64,000 nucleotides of DNA, taken from NCBI GenBank assembly GCA_044229975.1, contig JBGARZ010000005.1, positions 32,001 through 96,000 on the forward strand, given 5' to 3'. The notes beneath the pieces are model-generated. The model ran no database searches and was not told the DNA's origin. It saw only the letters and a list, made by a program, of their open reading frames with translations. The DNA is from Polyangiales bacterium (lineage in GTDB: Bacteria; Myxococcota_A; Polyangia; Polyangiales; Ga0077539). Positions 1 to 9,648 of the stretch are shown here, piece after piece (within the stretch, counting starts at the first letter, position 1; each line of letters opens with the position of its first letter). Both the position numbers and the translations under genes were made by a program.

Positions 1-1244
1 ATGGACGCGAGGTAGGCCGCCCGGTCGATGCGCCCGCGGGCGTACTGCCAGGCGGGCGTCGCGCGGCGCTGGTAGCCCTCGATGGGCTCGCAAGCGCGCC
101 ACGGGAGCGTGACCGCGAAGAGCATGAGCGCCGACGCGAAGGCCGCCCCGAGCGCCGTCGAACGGAGGTGCAGCCTCGCGCCGCGCGCGAGGTCGTCGGC
201 CGCGAGCGCCACGGGCAGCGGCAGCCAGAGCAGCACCGCACCCCAGTGGTACGGAAAGAACTTCCGCTGCACGACGACCCCGAGCGTCGCGAGCACCAGC
301 ATCGTGAGGGCGCCGCCGTAGCGCCGTGCGAGCGCCCACGAGCGGGCCCCGATGGCCGCGCCGAAGCCCATCAGCGCCGCGAGCGTGGGCGTGAGGAGCA
401 GCGCGAGGTGGAGCGTCGCCCAGGTCGCGACAGCGCGGACGTCCTCGGCGCGCGAGTGGCTCGCCGCCTCGTTGGCGACGTAGTAGGCGTTGCAGCGCAC
501 GAGCACGTCGTAGGCTGCCGTGAGCGCGCCGCGATGCACCCCGAGGTACGCGACGAAGAGCGCGAAGGGGGCGAGCGCACCGAGCGCGAAGCGGAGGCCC
601 GTGACGACAGCCCCGCGGAGACGCGGCGCCACAGCGAACCCGCGCGCGACGGCGAGCACTCCAACGGGCAGCGCGAGCAGCGCACCCGTGGGCTTGGCGA
701 GCACCGCGAGGCCCGCGAGGAGTCCCGCGACGACGGTGGCTCTGGGGTCGGGCGCGCGGCGATGGACGAGGGCGAGCGCGACGATGGCGAGGCCGCTCGC
801 GCCCACCTCGCACTGGGCCGTATGCCAGAAGTCCAGTGTGCCAAAGTAGGCCAGCGCGACGAGGAGGGCGGTCGCTCCATGCATACCTGGGAGCGCTCGC
901 TCACCCCGCGGTGTCGCGACGGCGGCGAGGGCGACGCCCACAGTGAGAACCCAGGCGACCTCCACCACGCGAACGCTCCAGAAGTGCTCGCCGAAGAGCG
1001 CCTGCGCGAGGCCGTAGACGAGGAAGATGACCGGGGTCTTCTGCTCCATCACGTCGCGGTACGGGACCGCTCCGCGCAGCCACTCGCGGCCGACGTAGTG
1101 ATAGAGCCCGTGGTCACGCCCGAAGGGGTAGAGCAGGGCGGGCGCGGCGAAGCACAAGGCCGCGGTGAGCAGGAGCAGATCGAGCGCGTGGCGTCTCAGC
1201 CAGGGACGCGCGCGAAGGACGATCTCGGTCGCGGAAGGAAGCAT
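1..1244 (-). CDS. GT-C fold (ArnT/PMT-like) membrane glycosyltransferase, truncated by window edge
   Basis: Manual translation from ATG 1244: MLPSATEIV...LLYPFGRDHGLYHYVGREWLRGAVPYRDVMEQKTPVIFLVYG followed by hydrophobic segments; D..Y..G..PY.D...K.P loop typical of GT-C enzymes. Confidence 0.65.
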   Translation of the reverse strand, partial: MLPSATEIVLRARPWLRRHALDLLLLTAALCFAAPALLYPFGRDHGLYHYVGREWLRGAVPYRDVMEQKTPVIFLVYGLAQALFGEHFWSVRVVEVAWVLTVGVALAAVATPRGERALPGMHGATALLVALAYFGTLDFWHTAQCEVGASGLAIVALALVHRRAPDPRATVVAGLLAGLAVLAKPTGALLALPVGVLAVARGFAVAPRLRGAVVTGLRFALGALAPFALFVAYLGVHRGALTAAYDVLVRCNAYYVANEAASHSRAEDVRAVATWATLHLALLLTPTLAALMGFGAAIGARSWALARRYGGALTMLVLATLGVVVQRKFFPYHWGAVLLWLPLPVALAADDLARGARLHLRSTALGAAFASALMLFAVTLPWRACEPIEGYQRRATPAWQYARGRIDRAAYLAS

Positions 1245-1278
1245 CGGTGCGGTGCGACAGAGCACACCGCGCGCCGAC

Positions 1279-1998
1279 TCATGCAGGCTTGTGCGCGATC
1301 ACGAGGACGTAGCGCTGGTAGGGCGCTGGGAGCACGTCGCGCCGCACCTCCACGGAGAGGCCCGCGGCCTCCAACAACGCCTTCGCCCGCGGCAGCAAGA
1401 ACGTCAGGTAGTACATGACGAAGGGCGGGCTCCAGAGCGCGTTGCGCACCCTCATGGCGGCGTTGAAGGCGCGGGCTTGCAGCACGCGCGGCGCGAGGGG
1501 TGAGACGTGCTCGGCGGTGACGAAGACGAAGCGACCGCCGGGGCGCAGCGCCTTCGCGACGGAGGCGACGAGGCGCACTTCGTCGTCGTCGACGATGTGG
1601 CCGAAGGCACCGAAGCTCACGGCGAGGTCGAACTCGCGCGCGAAGGGGAGGTCGAGCGCGTCGCCCTTCACGAAGACCATCTCGGCGGTGCCGGGGTCGT
1701 CGGCGTGGCGTCGGCGCGCCTCGTCGAGCATCGGCGCGGAGAGGTCGACGCCCACGACGCGGTCGCGGCAGAGCGGGCGGAGAAAGCGCATGGCCGCGCC
1801 GGTGCCGCAGCAGACGTCGAGGGCGTCGGCGATGGAGCCGGGCGGCCCGACCTGCGCGGCGACGGCGGCGAGCAGGGTGTCGGGCGTGCGGTAGGGCGTG
1901 TGGTCGAACTTGGGCGCGAGCAGGTCGTAGCCGCGCTCCACGGAGGAGAGCGCCTGCTGCGCGAGCTCGAAGAGGGTCGGGCCGTCGGGATGGAACAC
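1279..1998 (-). CDS. class I SAM-dependent methyltransferase
   Basis: Motif I ALDVCCGTG, VGVDLS, GDALDLPF, LRPGGRF. Confidence 0.9.
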   Translation of the reverse strand: MFHPDGPTLFELAQQALSSVERGYDLLAPKFDHTPYRTPDTLLAAVAAQVGPPGSIADALDVCCGTGAAMRFLRPLCRDRVVGVDLSAPMLDEARRRHADDPGTAEMVFVKGDALDLPFAREFDLAVSFGAFGHIVDDDEVRLVASVAKALRPGGRFVFVTAEHVSPLAPRVLQARAFNAAMRVRNALWSPPFVMYYLTFLLPRAKALLEAAGLSVEVRRDVLPAPYQRYVLVIAHKPA

Positions 1999-2000
1999 GT

Positions 2001-4070
2001 CTACGGACCGACGCCTGCCACGAGGGGAAAGCGCCAGAGCTGGTCGCTCAGCGCCACGCCCGATCGGTTGATGACCAGGTGCTGCCAGGTCTCCACGTCG
2101 GCGCCGTCCTGCGTCTGCATCGTCTGGAGGTTTTGCGCGTACTGCCGGTGCAGGTAGTCGGCGAGCTCGCCCGCGCGCACCGCGCCATCGTGGTTGTTGT
2201 CCGACTCGGCGACGCCGCGCCGCAGGAAGTACGAGAGGTACCCGCCCGCCTGGAAGCGCTGCGCCACCTGCGAGAGCACGTCCTCCTCGGAGCTGTACAT
2301 CCCGAAGCGGTTGCGCGACGAGCCGAACGACCGCTCGAACCCGCCCGAGTAGCAGCTGTCGAGCGCGAGCATGTTCACGTCAGCGCGCACGCCGTCGAAG
2401 AGGGTTGCCATCTGGTGCGCTGTGATCTCGCCGTCACGCAGCACGATGGACTCCACGTAGCCGTCGGGGTCGGCCGCCGTGTCCTGCGACACCGCGCGAC
2501 TCCCGTGCCCCGAGTGGAAGAACATGAACACGTCGTTGGGCCCGACCCGCGACGCCATCGTCCGAAACGCCTGGCTCACCGCGCCCGTCGTCGCCTCGGC
2601 GTCGGTGAGCACGACGAAGTTCTGCGCCGAGCCGAGGTGCGCGTTGATGTACGACTGCGCGAGCTGGCGCGCGTCGTCGGCGCACCCGTACAGGTTGCCG
2701 CGGCCACCGTAGTCGCTGATGCCGACGAACACCCCGTACATGTTGCCCTGCCCCGCGCGGCCCGCGACGTTGCCCGCGGGGACCCCGTTGGCGGCCACCG
2801 TGGGACGCGCCGATGACGTGTACGACAGGCTGAACGGGCCCGTCGCACCAGGCCGGTACGACGACACCTCGACGCGGTAGCTCCCAGCCGTGGGGAGCGT
2901 CATCGTGATGGTGCTGTTGGTGTCCTGGGGGGTGGTGTCGTCGTTGTTCCAGCGCTGGCCGTTGGGGGCGATGAGCGCGAGCGTCGGGTCGAAGCCCGTC
3001 GACGTCAGCCGCAGCGTGACCATGTCGCCCTGCCGCCCGTCGAGGCGGTACGCGCGCACGAAGCGACCGCCCGACGACGGATCACCCGGCGTCAGGTACT
3101 CGTTGACGGGGGTGCCGGGAACGATGGTTCCACCAGGGCCGGTCTGCGCGTCGGGGGCGTTGTTGTTGGCCCCGGTGACCATGAGCCCCTGGCCCGGCGC
3201 GCCCGCGCTCACCTGGATGGTGTACGCGCCCGCCGTGCCCGGCGTGTACGAGGTCGCGACGATGCGATAGCGGCCGTCGATGGGCGCCGTGAAGTCCACG
3301 CGCGAGTTGAGATCGTCGCGCGAGACGTCGTCGTTTTCGACCGCGTCGCCCGTCGGCGGCTCGACGCGCAAGAGCGTGTCGAACTGCGGGCTCTGCATCG
3401 TGATGGCCACGCGCGAGCCGCGCTGGAGCGAGACGAAGTGTTCGTTCTGGAAGCGCCCCTCGGTGTCGCGCCCCGAGGTCGGACCGAGCGTCCCCTGGAA
3501 GGTCTGCGCCACCGCGCCGGTGCCCGTCGGCTGCGCCGTGGGCGCGGGCGCGCTCGGCCGCCCGTTGGGCGCAGGGATGGGGACCATCGTCACGCCACCG
3601 TTGTTGCCCGCGGGCGCCTGCCCCATCGGCTGCATCGATGGCTGCCCCATCGGCTGCATCGATGGTTGCCCCATCGGCTGCATCGACGGCGCCGCGATGG
3701 GCTGCATCGGCGGGAGCGGCGTGATGGAGAGCCCCGGCGTGGGCGGCGCGATGGGGATGACCGTCCCAGCGGGGTACGGGTTGTTGGGCTGACCCGTCGG
3801 GTACCACTCGGGGTGCACGCGGTGAAGGTCTTCGTTGTCGTTGGGCTTGTCGTCGGGCGGCTTCGGTCGCCCCTCGGTGACACCCACCGCGAGGCCGACG
3901 CGCCCCGGTCGCGCGGTGGTCGGCGCCTCGGCCACGCGAGGTCGGCCGTCGGGACCGAGCGCGTTGGGACCCGCCTGAACCGGCGGCGGCGCGGGCGACC
4001 GGTCGCGCTGACACGCGAGGCCCTGCGCCGCGAGGAGGGTGAGCACGAGCTGCGTCGGTCGGTGGTTCAT
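2001..4070 (-). CDS. caspase-family (C14) peptidase lipoprotein with Pro/Gln-rich linker and two PPC-like domains
   Basis: Lipobox GLAC; two PPC-like domains (FDTLL..NDD, FDPTL..NDD..GSYRVEVSSY); C-terminal VGISDY..LYGCADDA, FFHSGHG, LDSCYSG (His/Cys dyad). Confidence 0.85.
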   Translation of the reverse strand: MNHRPTQLVLTLLAAQGLACQRDRSPAPPPVQAGPNALGPDGRPRVAEAPTTARPGRVGLAVGVTEGRPKPPDDKPNDNEDLHRVHPEWYPTGQPNNPYPAGTVIPIAPPTPGLSITPLPPMQPIAAPSMQPMGQPSMQPMGQPSMQPMGQAPAGNNGGVTMVPIPAPNGRPSAPAPTAQPTGTGAVAQTFQGTLGPTSGRDTEGRFQNEHFVSLQRGSRVAITMQSPQFDTLLRVEPPTGDAVENDDVSRDDLNSRVDFTAPIDGRYRIVATSYTPGTAGAYTIQVSAGAPGQGLMVTGANNNAPDAQTGPGGTIVPGTPVNEYLTPGDPSSGGRFVRAYRLDGRQGDMVTLRLTSTGFDPTLALIAPNGQRWNNDDTTPQDTNSTITMTLPTAGSYRVEVSSYRPGATGPFSLSYTSSARPTVAANGVPAGNVAGRAGQGNMYGVFVGISDYGGRGNLYGCADDARQLAQSYINAHLGSAQNFVVLTDAEATTGAVSQAFRTMASRVGPNDVFMFFHSGHGSRAVSQDTAADPDGYVESIVLRDGEITAHQMATLFDGVRADVNMLALDSCYSGGFERSFGSSRNRFGMYSSEEDVLSQVAQRFQAGGYLSYFLRRGVAESDNNHDGAVRAGELADYLHRQYAQNLQTMQTQDGADVETWQHLVINRSGVALSDQLWRFPLVAGVGP
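3618..3712 (-). repeat. 24-bp coding tandem repeat (PSMQPMGQ)
   Basis: Repeated ccccatcggctgcatcga units; protein PMQPIAAPSMQPMGQPSMQPMGQPSMQPMGQ. Confidence 0.8.
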
Positions 4071-4127
4071 GGTGTGGGTCGTCTCCGGACGCGATGATAC
4101 GTCGCCCAGCCTGACGGCATCACGAGC

Positions 4128-5798
4128 TTACGGGCGACGCGCGCAGCGAAACCCGATGCTGCGGCTGCGCACCGTCTCGGTGTGCCGCCCGCGCGTGGCC
4201 GCGCGCAGCGACGTCGGAACGCTCATCGCCCAGCTCCCCCCGCGAAACACCCGCAGCCCATCGGGGCTCGCCGCGGGACCGATCGGGTCGACGGACACCG
4301 CCGTCCCAGGCGTGCCGTACGACGGCGCGTAGAAGCTGCTCGTCCACTCCGACACGTTGCCCGCGAGGTCGGCCACGCCGGTCGAGGTGCGGTCGCCGCG
4401 CTGGGCACCGACCGCACACGTTCCGATGCGCGGTGAGTCGCCCGACCAGCAGGGCCGCGCGCCGGGGCCTTCGCTCCCCCACGGGTACCGTCCGCCCTCG
4501 GGGCCGCGCGCCGCGAACTCCCACTGCGCCTCGGTCGGCAGAGCCCTCGCCCCGCCCGCGTGACCCGTCCACGCGCAGTACTCCTGCGCCTGGCGCCAGT
4601 CGATGCAGTTGACCGGGTGCTGCCCGCGGTCGGCCCGACCCCAGTTGCAGTTGAGCCCCTGGTCGGGCGTGGCCTGCGGACGAGCGCCCGTGGCCCTCCA
4701 ATAGCGGGTGTACTCGCTGATGGTCACCTCGGTGCGGTCGAGGCAGAAGCCCGTGATGTTCACGACGTGGCGTGGGTGCTGGTCGACGTCACCGCGCCCC
4801 TCGCGCGTGCCCATCATCGTCTGACCACCCTGGATCCACGCCATGCCCGCCGGGCACCGCGCCGGCGCCACGGTCGGGGGCGCCTTCGACGCAGCGCGAA
4901 TCGATCCCACGGCGGCACGCGCGCCCACGGTCCCCTGGACCACGACCGCGGACCCGGCCAGCACCACCACCACCGCCACCGTCGCCGCGGCCCAGCGAGC
5001 GCGCGACGTGCGCACCGGGGCCTCGGCCACCGACTGCTCCCACGCGGCCTCAGCGTCGGCCGCGCTCGCGAAGCGCCCCGCCGACTCCGGCGCGACGCAG
5101 CCCTCGAACCACTCGTCGAACCACGTCGGCAGCGTGACGTCCGTCGCGCCGACCTCTCGCAGCCGCTCGCTCGGGGCGACGCGCGCCTCGCCCAGATCCA
5201 CCGCCCGCAGCACCGACTCGAAGGCCACGCGACCGCCCGACAGCATCCACAGCGTGAGCGCGCCGATCGCCCTGACGTCCGCCGCGGAGGACACCGCGAC
5301 CGCACGCCCGCGAGCGCCCTCCTGCCCGAAGCCCACCACGGTCACCCGGGCCCCGCCCGGACGTCCCGCCGACTCCACGAAGAGACACCCCGGCGTGAGC
5401 GCGCCGTGCACCCGCCCGACCTCGTGCGCCGACGCCACCGCGTCGAGCGCCTGCTGCACCACCGACGACACCAGCGCGAGCGGCACCGGCCCGACCTCGG
5501 CCACCAGCTCCGTCAGCGGTCGACCCGTCACGGGCTCCGTCACCTGCCAGGCCATGCCCCGCTCGAAGTCGTAGCCCGACCGCCACACCGTCGCCACGTG
5601 CGCGCTGTGCATCTCCGCGAGGCCCCGTTGCGCGGACCCATCAGGGCGAGGCGATGACGCCGCGTGGAGCGTGCCGTGCCGCCCGCCGTCGCGCGCCCTC
5701 ACCCGATAGAGCTGGAGCGGCCCCGCCTGCGCAAACGCAGACACGACGATGTACTCACCGCCCACCTCCATTCCAGGCTCGTACCGCCAGGTACCCAT
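4128..5798 (-). CDS. Ser/Thr pseudokinase - TM - formylglycine-generating enzyme (FGE/SUMF1) domain protein
   Basis: Kinase-like N-terminus (VHGALTPGCLFV, VTVVGFG, ADVRAIG, FDEWF), TM helix, FGE motifs LDRTEVT, HPVNCIDW, LPTEAQWEFAARG, DLAGNVSEW, IGFRCA; start chosen at ATG 5798. Confidence 0.85.
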   Translation of the reverse strand: MGTWRYEPGMEVGGEYIVVSAFAQAGPLQLYRVRARDGGRHGTLHAASSPRPDGSAQRGLAEMHSAHVATVWRSGYDFERGMAWQVTEPVTGRPLTELVAEVGPVPLALVSSVVQQALDAVASAHEVGRVHGALTPGCLFVESAGRPGGARVTVVGFGQEGARGRAVAVSSAADVRAIGALTLWMLSGGRVAFESVLRAVDLGEARVAPSERLREVGATDVTLPTWFDEWFEGCVAPESAGRFASAADAEAAWEQSVAEAPVRTSRARWAAATVAVVVVLAGSAVVVQGTVGARAAVGSIRAASKAPPTVAPARCPAGMAWIQGGQTMMGTREGRGDVDQHPRHVVNITGFCLDRTEVTISEYTRYWRATGARPQATPDQGLNCNWGRADRGQHPVNCIDWRQAQEYCAWTGHAGGARALPTEAQWEFAARGPEGGRYPWGSEGPGARPCWSGDSPRIGTCAVGAQRGDRTSTGVADLAGNVSEWTSSFYAPSYGTPGTAVSVDPIGPAASPDGLRVFRGGSWAMSVPTSLRAATRGRHTETVRSRSIGFRCARRP

Positions 5799-5887
5799 CG
5801 GAGCGGCTTGGATACCACCCCTCCGTGGTCCGCCGAAACCCCTGCGTGGACCGATCCCATCGTGTGGTACCTCCTCGGCGCTCACCG

Positions 5888-6349
5888 ATGAGTCGCGACC
5901 CACTCCAGGACCCTGTTCTGCTCGATGCGCTCGACGCCGCGGACGTCGAGCTCGCCACCGACCTCGCGAGCGAGGCCGACCCTGGCACCCCTGGGCGTCG
6001 CCCGAAGCTCCTCGACCCCGCCCTCGCGGCGCTCTTCCCCGACGCCATCGAGGCCGCCACTGCGCGCGTCTCCGAGGCCGCCCGCCACTGGCGCGAGGCC
6101 ACGGCCCGCGAGGCCCCCTCCGTCGAGCGCCTCGCCACCGGCGGAACCCTCGACCGCGTCAACGTCGACCTCGTCTCAGGCTACCTCGCCGTGGTCACCG
6201 CCGAGGAGACCTGGTGGGCCTTCGTCGAGCGGCCCCACCTCGCGACCATCGTCGCGTTGCTGCTGCGCCGCCCGGTCGTCGAGGTCGAGGCCGCCATCGC
6301 GGACGGCCCCGCCACCCTCAAGCCGACGGCCGCGGCTCCGCCGACTTGA
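5888..6349 (+). CDS. hypothetical protein
   Basis: ATG 5888 (MSRDPLQDP...), GC3-rich codon pattern, fills the gap between flanking minus-strand genes; 32-bp convergent overlap with next gene. Confidence 0.6.
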   Translation: MSRDPLQDPVLLDALDAADVELATDLASEADPGTPGRRPKLLDPALAALFPDAIEAATARVSEAARHWREATAREAPSVERLATGGTLDRVNVDLVSGYLAVVTAEETWWAFVERPHLATIVALLLRRPVVEVEAAIADGPATLKPTAAAPPT

Positions 6350-8513
6350 GCTCCGCCCGCAGCGCGTCGAGCTCGTCGCGGGTCAGCGCGTCGTCGCCGA
6401 AGCGCGCGGCCGCGTAGCGCTCGGACACTCGCGTCACCAGCGGCGCGAGGGGGTCTCCCCGGCGCGTGAGCTCGCGCGCCCACGCCTGCGGCGAGCGGTT
6501 GCCCGGCCGCGGAACACCCCGCTCCGTCAGCAACGCGTCGAGGGCCCGCGCGAGGTCTTGCGCCGCCCGCACCGACTGCTTGACCGGCAGCCGCGCGCCG
6601 CCGGTCGCGATGCGTCGCCACGCGACGAGCTGCCACGCCACCGCGCCCAGCGTGAGCGCGAAGAGACCGAAGCCCGCCACCCGACGCCACGGAATCGAGG
6701 GCCCCGCCGCCTGCACCACGGCGTGGCCGCGCTGGATGATGCGACCCGACACCCGGTCGTGGCGGCGGCGCTGCTCGACGAAGCGCCACACGCGCTTGGC
6801 GATCTCCGCCTGCATCCCGAGGTCGAAGTCGACCACGTAGAAGCGCCAGCGCATGCGGATGGCCTCGACCGCGGCGTCGGCCTCGGCGAAGAGACCCGTG
6901 CGCAAGAGCGGCAGCTCGCCCGCCGGGGGCGTCGGGTCGAAGGTGACCCAGCCCTCGGTCTCGTCCCACACCTCGACCCAACTGTGCGCGTCGCCCTGTC
7001 GGACGGCGTAGAAGCGGCCGTAGCGGTTGAAGGTACCGCCGAGGAAGCCCGTGACGTTGCGCGTGGGGATGCCGACGGTGCGGAGCATCACGGCCATCGC
7101 CGTCGAGAAGTACTCGCAGTGCCCCGCGTGCGTGCGGAAGAGGAAGTCCTCCAGCGGTTGATCGGCGCGGCCGCTCTCCAGCTCCAGGGTGTAGCGCCAG
7201 CGCGAGAGGTGGCGCTCGATCGCACGGGCCTTGCCGAGGCGGGTCGTCTCGCCGCGGGTGATCTGCTCGGTGAGCTGCTGCACTCGCGGGGACATCCCCT
7301 GAGGGATCTGCACATAACGGCTCGACGCCCCGTCGCGCTGCTCCTCGGCTCGCAGCGCGCGACGCCCCACGCGCTGACGCCCCGAGAGGTACGCCGTGTA
7401 CACGAGCCCGATGCCGTCGTTGCTCGTGTAACGAACGCCCTCGTCGTGGTCGACGGTGAGCTCCGTGAAGCGGGGGAAGCCGCCCTCGAAGCGCGGGTCG
7501 ATGCGAAACCCGACGGCCCCTTCGAGCACCGGGACCACCGGCGGTTCGAGCGGGTCGAGCACGATGCGGACAGGGATGTCGTTGGCGAGGTCGGGCTCGC
7601 GCCGGAGGGTGTAGAGCGGTCCCGCGCGCTCCATGCGCTGGCGGTCGTTGGCGTCGGTGCGCCGCGACCACTGGCGGCCGTTGTACGTGTCGAAGGTCGT
7701 CCCACGCAGGCGAAACACCCGCACCGCGGGCGGGTCTTCGGGCATGTCGGGCGGCTGCACCCGCAGCACGATGGTCTGGTCGCTGCGGATGGTTCCGTGG
7801 CCGCTCAGGTCGACGCTGTTGCCGAAGCCGGCCATGACGGTGTCGGAGCGCGAGCGCACCGTCAGGATGCCGAGCCCGATGCGCGGGAAGAGCACGAAGA
7901 TCACCGCGGTCAGCATGAAGATCGGCACCGCGAGCACCGATGATCCCGCGAGCAGGCCGACGCCCACCACGCGGCGCGACCGCAGGATGCGCGCGACGTC
8001 GATGGGAACGCCCGCCCGCCCCGCACGCGCGTCGGCGAGGTAGTTGCCCTCGATCTCGCGGCGCAGGTGACCGAGCGTCATGGCCCACGGCGTGGCGATG
8101 ACGAAGCCGACGAAGCAGAGCGCGTAGGAGAGGCCGCCGCCGAGCACCGTCGCCGCGATGAGCTGGAGGATCGCGAGCAGGGTGATCTGCTGGTAGTCGC
8201 GCGCCGTGCGGCGGTTGGCGAGGCGGTTGACCTGGAGCAGCGCCGCGAACTCCACGATGGTGAGCAGCGCCTCGGCCCCGAAGAACACCGCGCGCGCCGT
8301 CTGGGCGGCGAGGGCGACGACGAGGGCGATGTTCCAGGCGCGGGCGTAGCGCTCGGAGTGGAGGAGGTCGCCCTCCACCCACCAGCTCGCGGCGACGCCG
8401 ACGGCGGTGAGCCCGACGCTGAGCACGGGCATCTCGCCGCCCGCCCCGAGTGCCACGAGCCCGAGCCCCGCCAGCGTAAACACCGCGAACTTGTGGACCT
8501 GCGAGAACCTCAC
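6318..8513 (-). CDS. transglutaminase TgpA-family membrane protein (DUF3488 + transglutaminase + DUF4129-like C-terminus)
   Basis: N-terminal TM bundle, FVLFPR, GHCEYFSTAMAVMLR..GIPTRNVTGF, DAHSWVEV, WVTFDPTP. Confidence 0.9.
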   Translation of the reverse strand: MRFSQVHKFAVFTLAGLGLVALGAGGEMPVLSVGLTAVGVAASWWVEGDLLHSERYARAWNIALVVALAAQTARAVFFGAEALLTIVEFAALLQVNRLANRRTARDYQQITLLAILQLIAATVLGGGLSYALCFVGFVIATPWAMTLGHLRREIEGNYLADARAGRAGVPIDVARILRSRRVVGVGLLAGSSVLAVPIFMLTAVIFVLFPRIGLGILTVRSRSDTVMAGFGNSVDLSGHGTIRSDQTIVLRVQPPDMPEDPPAVRVFRLRGTTFDTYNGRQWSRRTDANDRQRMERAGPLYTLRREPDLANDIPVRIVLDPLEPPVVPVLEGAVGFRIDPRFEGGFPRFTELTVDHDEGVRYTSNDGIGLVYTAYLSGRQRVGRRALRAEEQRDGASSRYVQIPQGMSPRVQQLTEQITRGETTRLGKARAIERHLSRWRYTLELESGRADQPLEDFLFRTHAGHCEYFSTAMAVMLRTVGIPTRNVTGFLGGTFNRYGRFYAVRQGDAHSWVEVWDETEGWVTFDPTPPAGELPLLRTGLFAEADAAVEAIRMRWRFYVVDFDLGMQAEIAKRVWRFVEQRRRHDRVSGRIIQRGHAVVQAAGPSIPWRRVAGFGLFALTLGAVAWQLVAWRRIATGGARLPVKQSVRAAQDLARALDALLTERGVPRPGNRSPQAWARELTRRGDPLAPLVTRVSERYAAARFGDDALTRDELDALRAELKSAEPRPSA

Positions 8514-9598
8514 GGCGCCTTCGACCTCCGCTTGCCCGCAGCCTCTGGCTCGTCGGGCGCCACCGGCACCGGCGGCAGCCGCGCGAGAAACGACAGCACC
8601 CTGTCCGCCGCCGTCGACGACGGCCGCGCCTGCATCGTCGCCGTCCCCTCGGCGGGCGCCACCTGCGCCACGAGGTGCACCGACGAGCCCAGCTTCAGCG
8701 CGTCGAGCGCGGCGCCCGCGGCCCGCCGGATCTCGTCCTCCACCCGCAGCGCCGACACGCGGCGCCCGGTCTCGTCGGCGCCGTCGCTGTCGCTCAGTCG
8801 GTTGGCCACCTCGATGCGTACCGCGCGCGCCCCGTCGCGTCGCCGCTCGCGCGCCACCAGCTTGCCCATGGAGGCAGTCTTGGCCCAGTGGATGTCGCGC
8901 ACCGGGTCACCGTCCGCCAGCTCGCGCACGCCGTCGACCTCGCCGTGCCCGCGCTCTTCGCGCGACACCTGCTCACCCACCACGACCATCGGCGCCCGCT
9001 CGGCGCGCGACCGGAGGGGCGACGGGTACACGAGCTGATCTTCGGGCATGACGACCTCGCGCCACTTCTCGAAGAGCCCGAAGGGGAAGCGCGTCGCGAC
9101 GCGGAGGGCGAGGTACTTCTCGGTTCCGCGGGTGGGGGCGACGCGACGGTAGGCTGCCGTCTGCCGCGCGCCGGCGCTCACCTTGAGGAAGTAGCAGCGC
9201 TTGTCGGTGCGGCGGTTTTCCAGCCGGTCTTCGACCTCGATGGAGTAGCTGGGCGCGTACTTCTTGCGGTTGTGCACCTCGATCTCGACCAGCGCAGGCG
9301 CCCCCGCATAGGCCCGTCGGGGAAGTCGTCGGCGGAACTCCAGGCCGCGCAGCGCGATCTCCGACAGCACGCCGCTCAGGATCACCAGCGACAGGAGAAG
9401 ACCCAGCACGAGGTAGAGCAGGTTGTTGCCGGTGTTGACCGCCGCGACCCCGACGCCAAACGTGATGCCGATGAAGACCTTGCCCTCGCGGGTGAAGCGG
9501 AGGCGGCGGGGCGGTCGAGCGACGTTCCAGGCGAGGCTACGGAAGGCAGCGACCACCCGCCTCGGAAACCGCCGCCACGCTGCGCCTGCGCTCGCCAT
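8510..9598 (-). CDS. DUF58 domain protein
   Basis: AVNTGNNLLYL, TRFPFGLF, GVREL..GDPVRDIHWAKTA; 4-bp overlap with transglutaminase gene. Confidence 0.88.
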   Translation of the reverse strand: MASAGAAWRRFPRRVVAAFRSLAWNVARPPRRLRFTREGKVFIGITFGVGVAAVNTGNNLLYLVLGLLLSLVILSGVLSEIALRGLEFRRRLPRRAYAGAPALVEIEVHNRKKYAPSYSIEVEDRLENRRTDKRCYFLKVSAGARQTAAYRRVAPTRGTEKYLALRVATRFPFGLFEKWREVVMPEDQLVYPSPLRSRAERAPMVVVGEQVSREERGHGEVDGVRELADGDPVRDIHWAKTASMGKLVARERRRDGARAVRIEVANRLSDSDGADETGRRVSALRVEDEIRRAAGAALDALKLGSSVHLVAQVAPAEGTATMQARPSSTAADRVLSFLARLPPVPVAPDEPEAAGKRRSKAP

Positions 9599-9648
9599 CA
9601 ACGACCGCGCCGAGAGTACCACCGCGGGCGAAGCGATATGATCCGCCG

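Noticed and set aside
4128..4300. Diversity-generating retroelement target (FGE/C-type lectin C-terminus)
   Set aside because: No reverse transcriptase and no template-repeat copy noticed in the window
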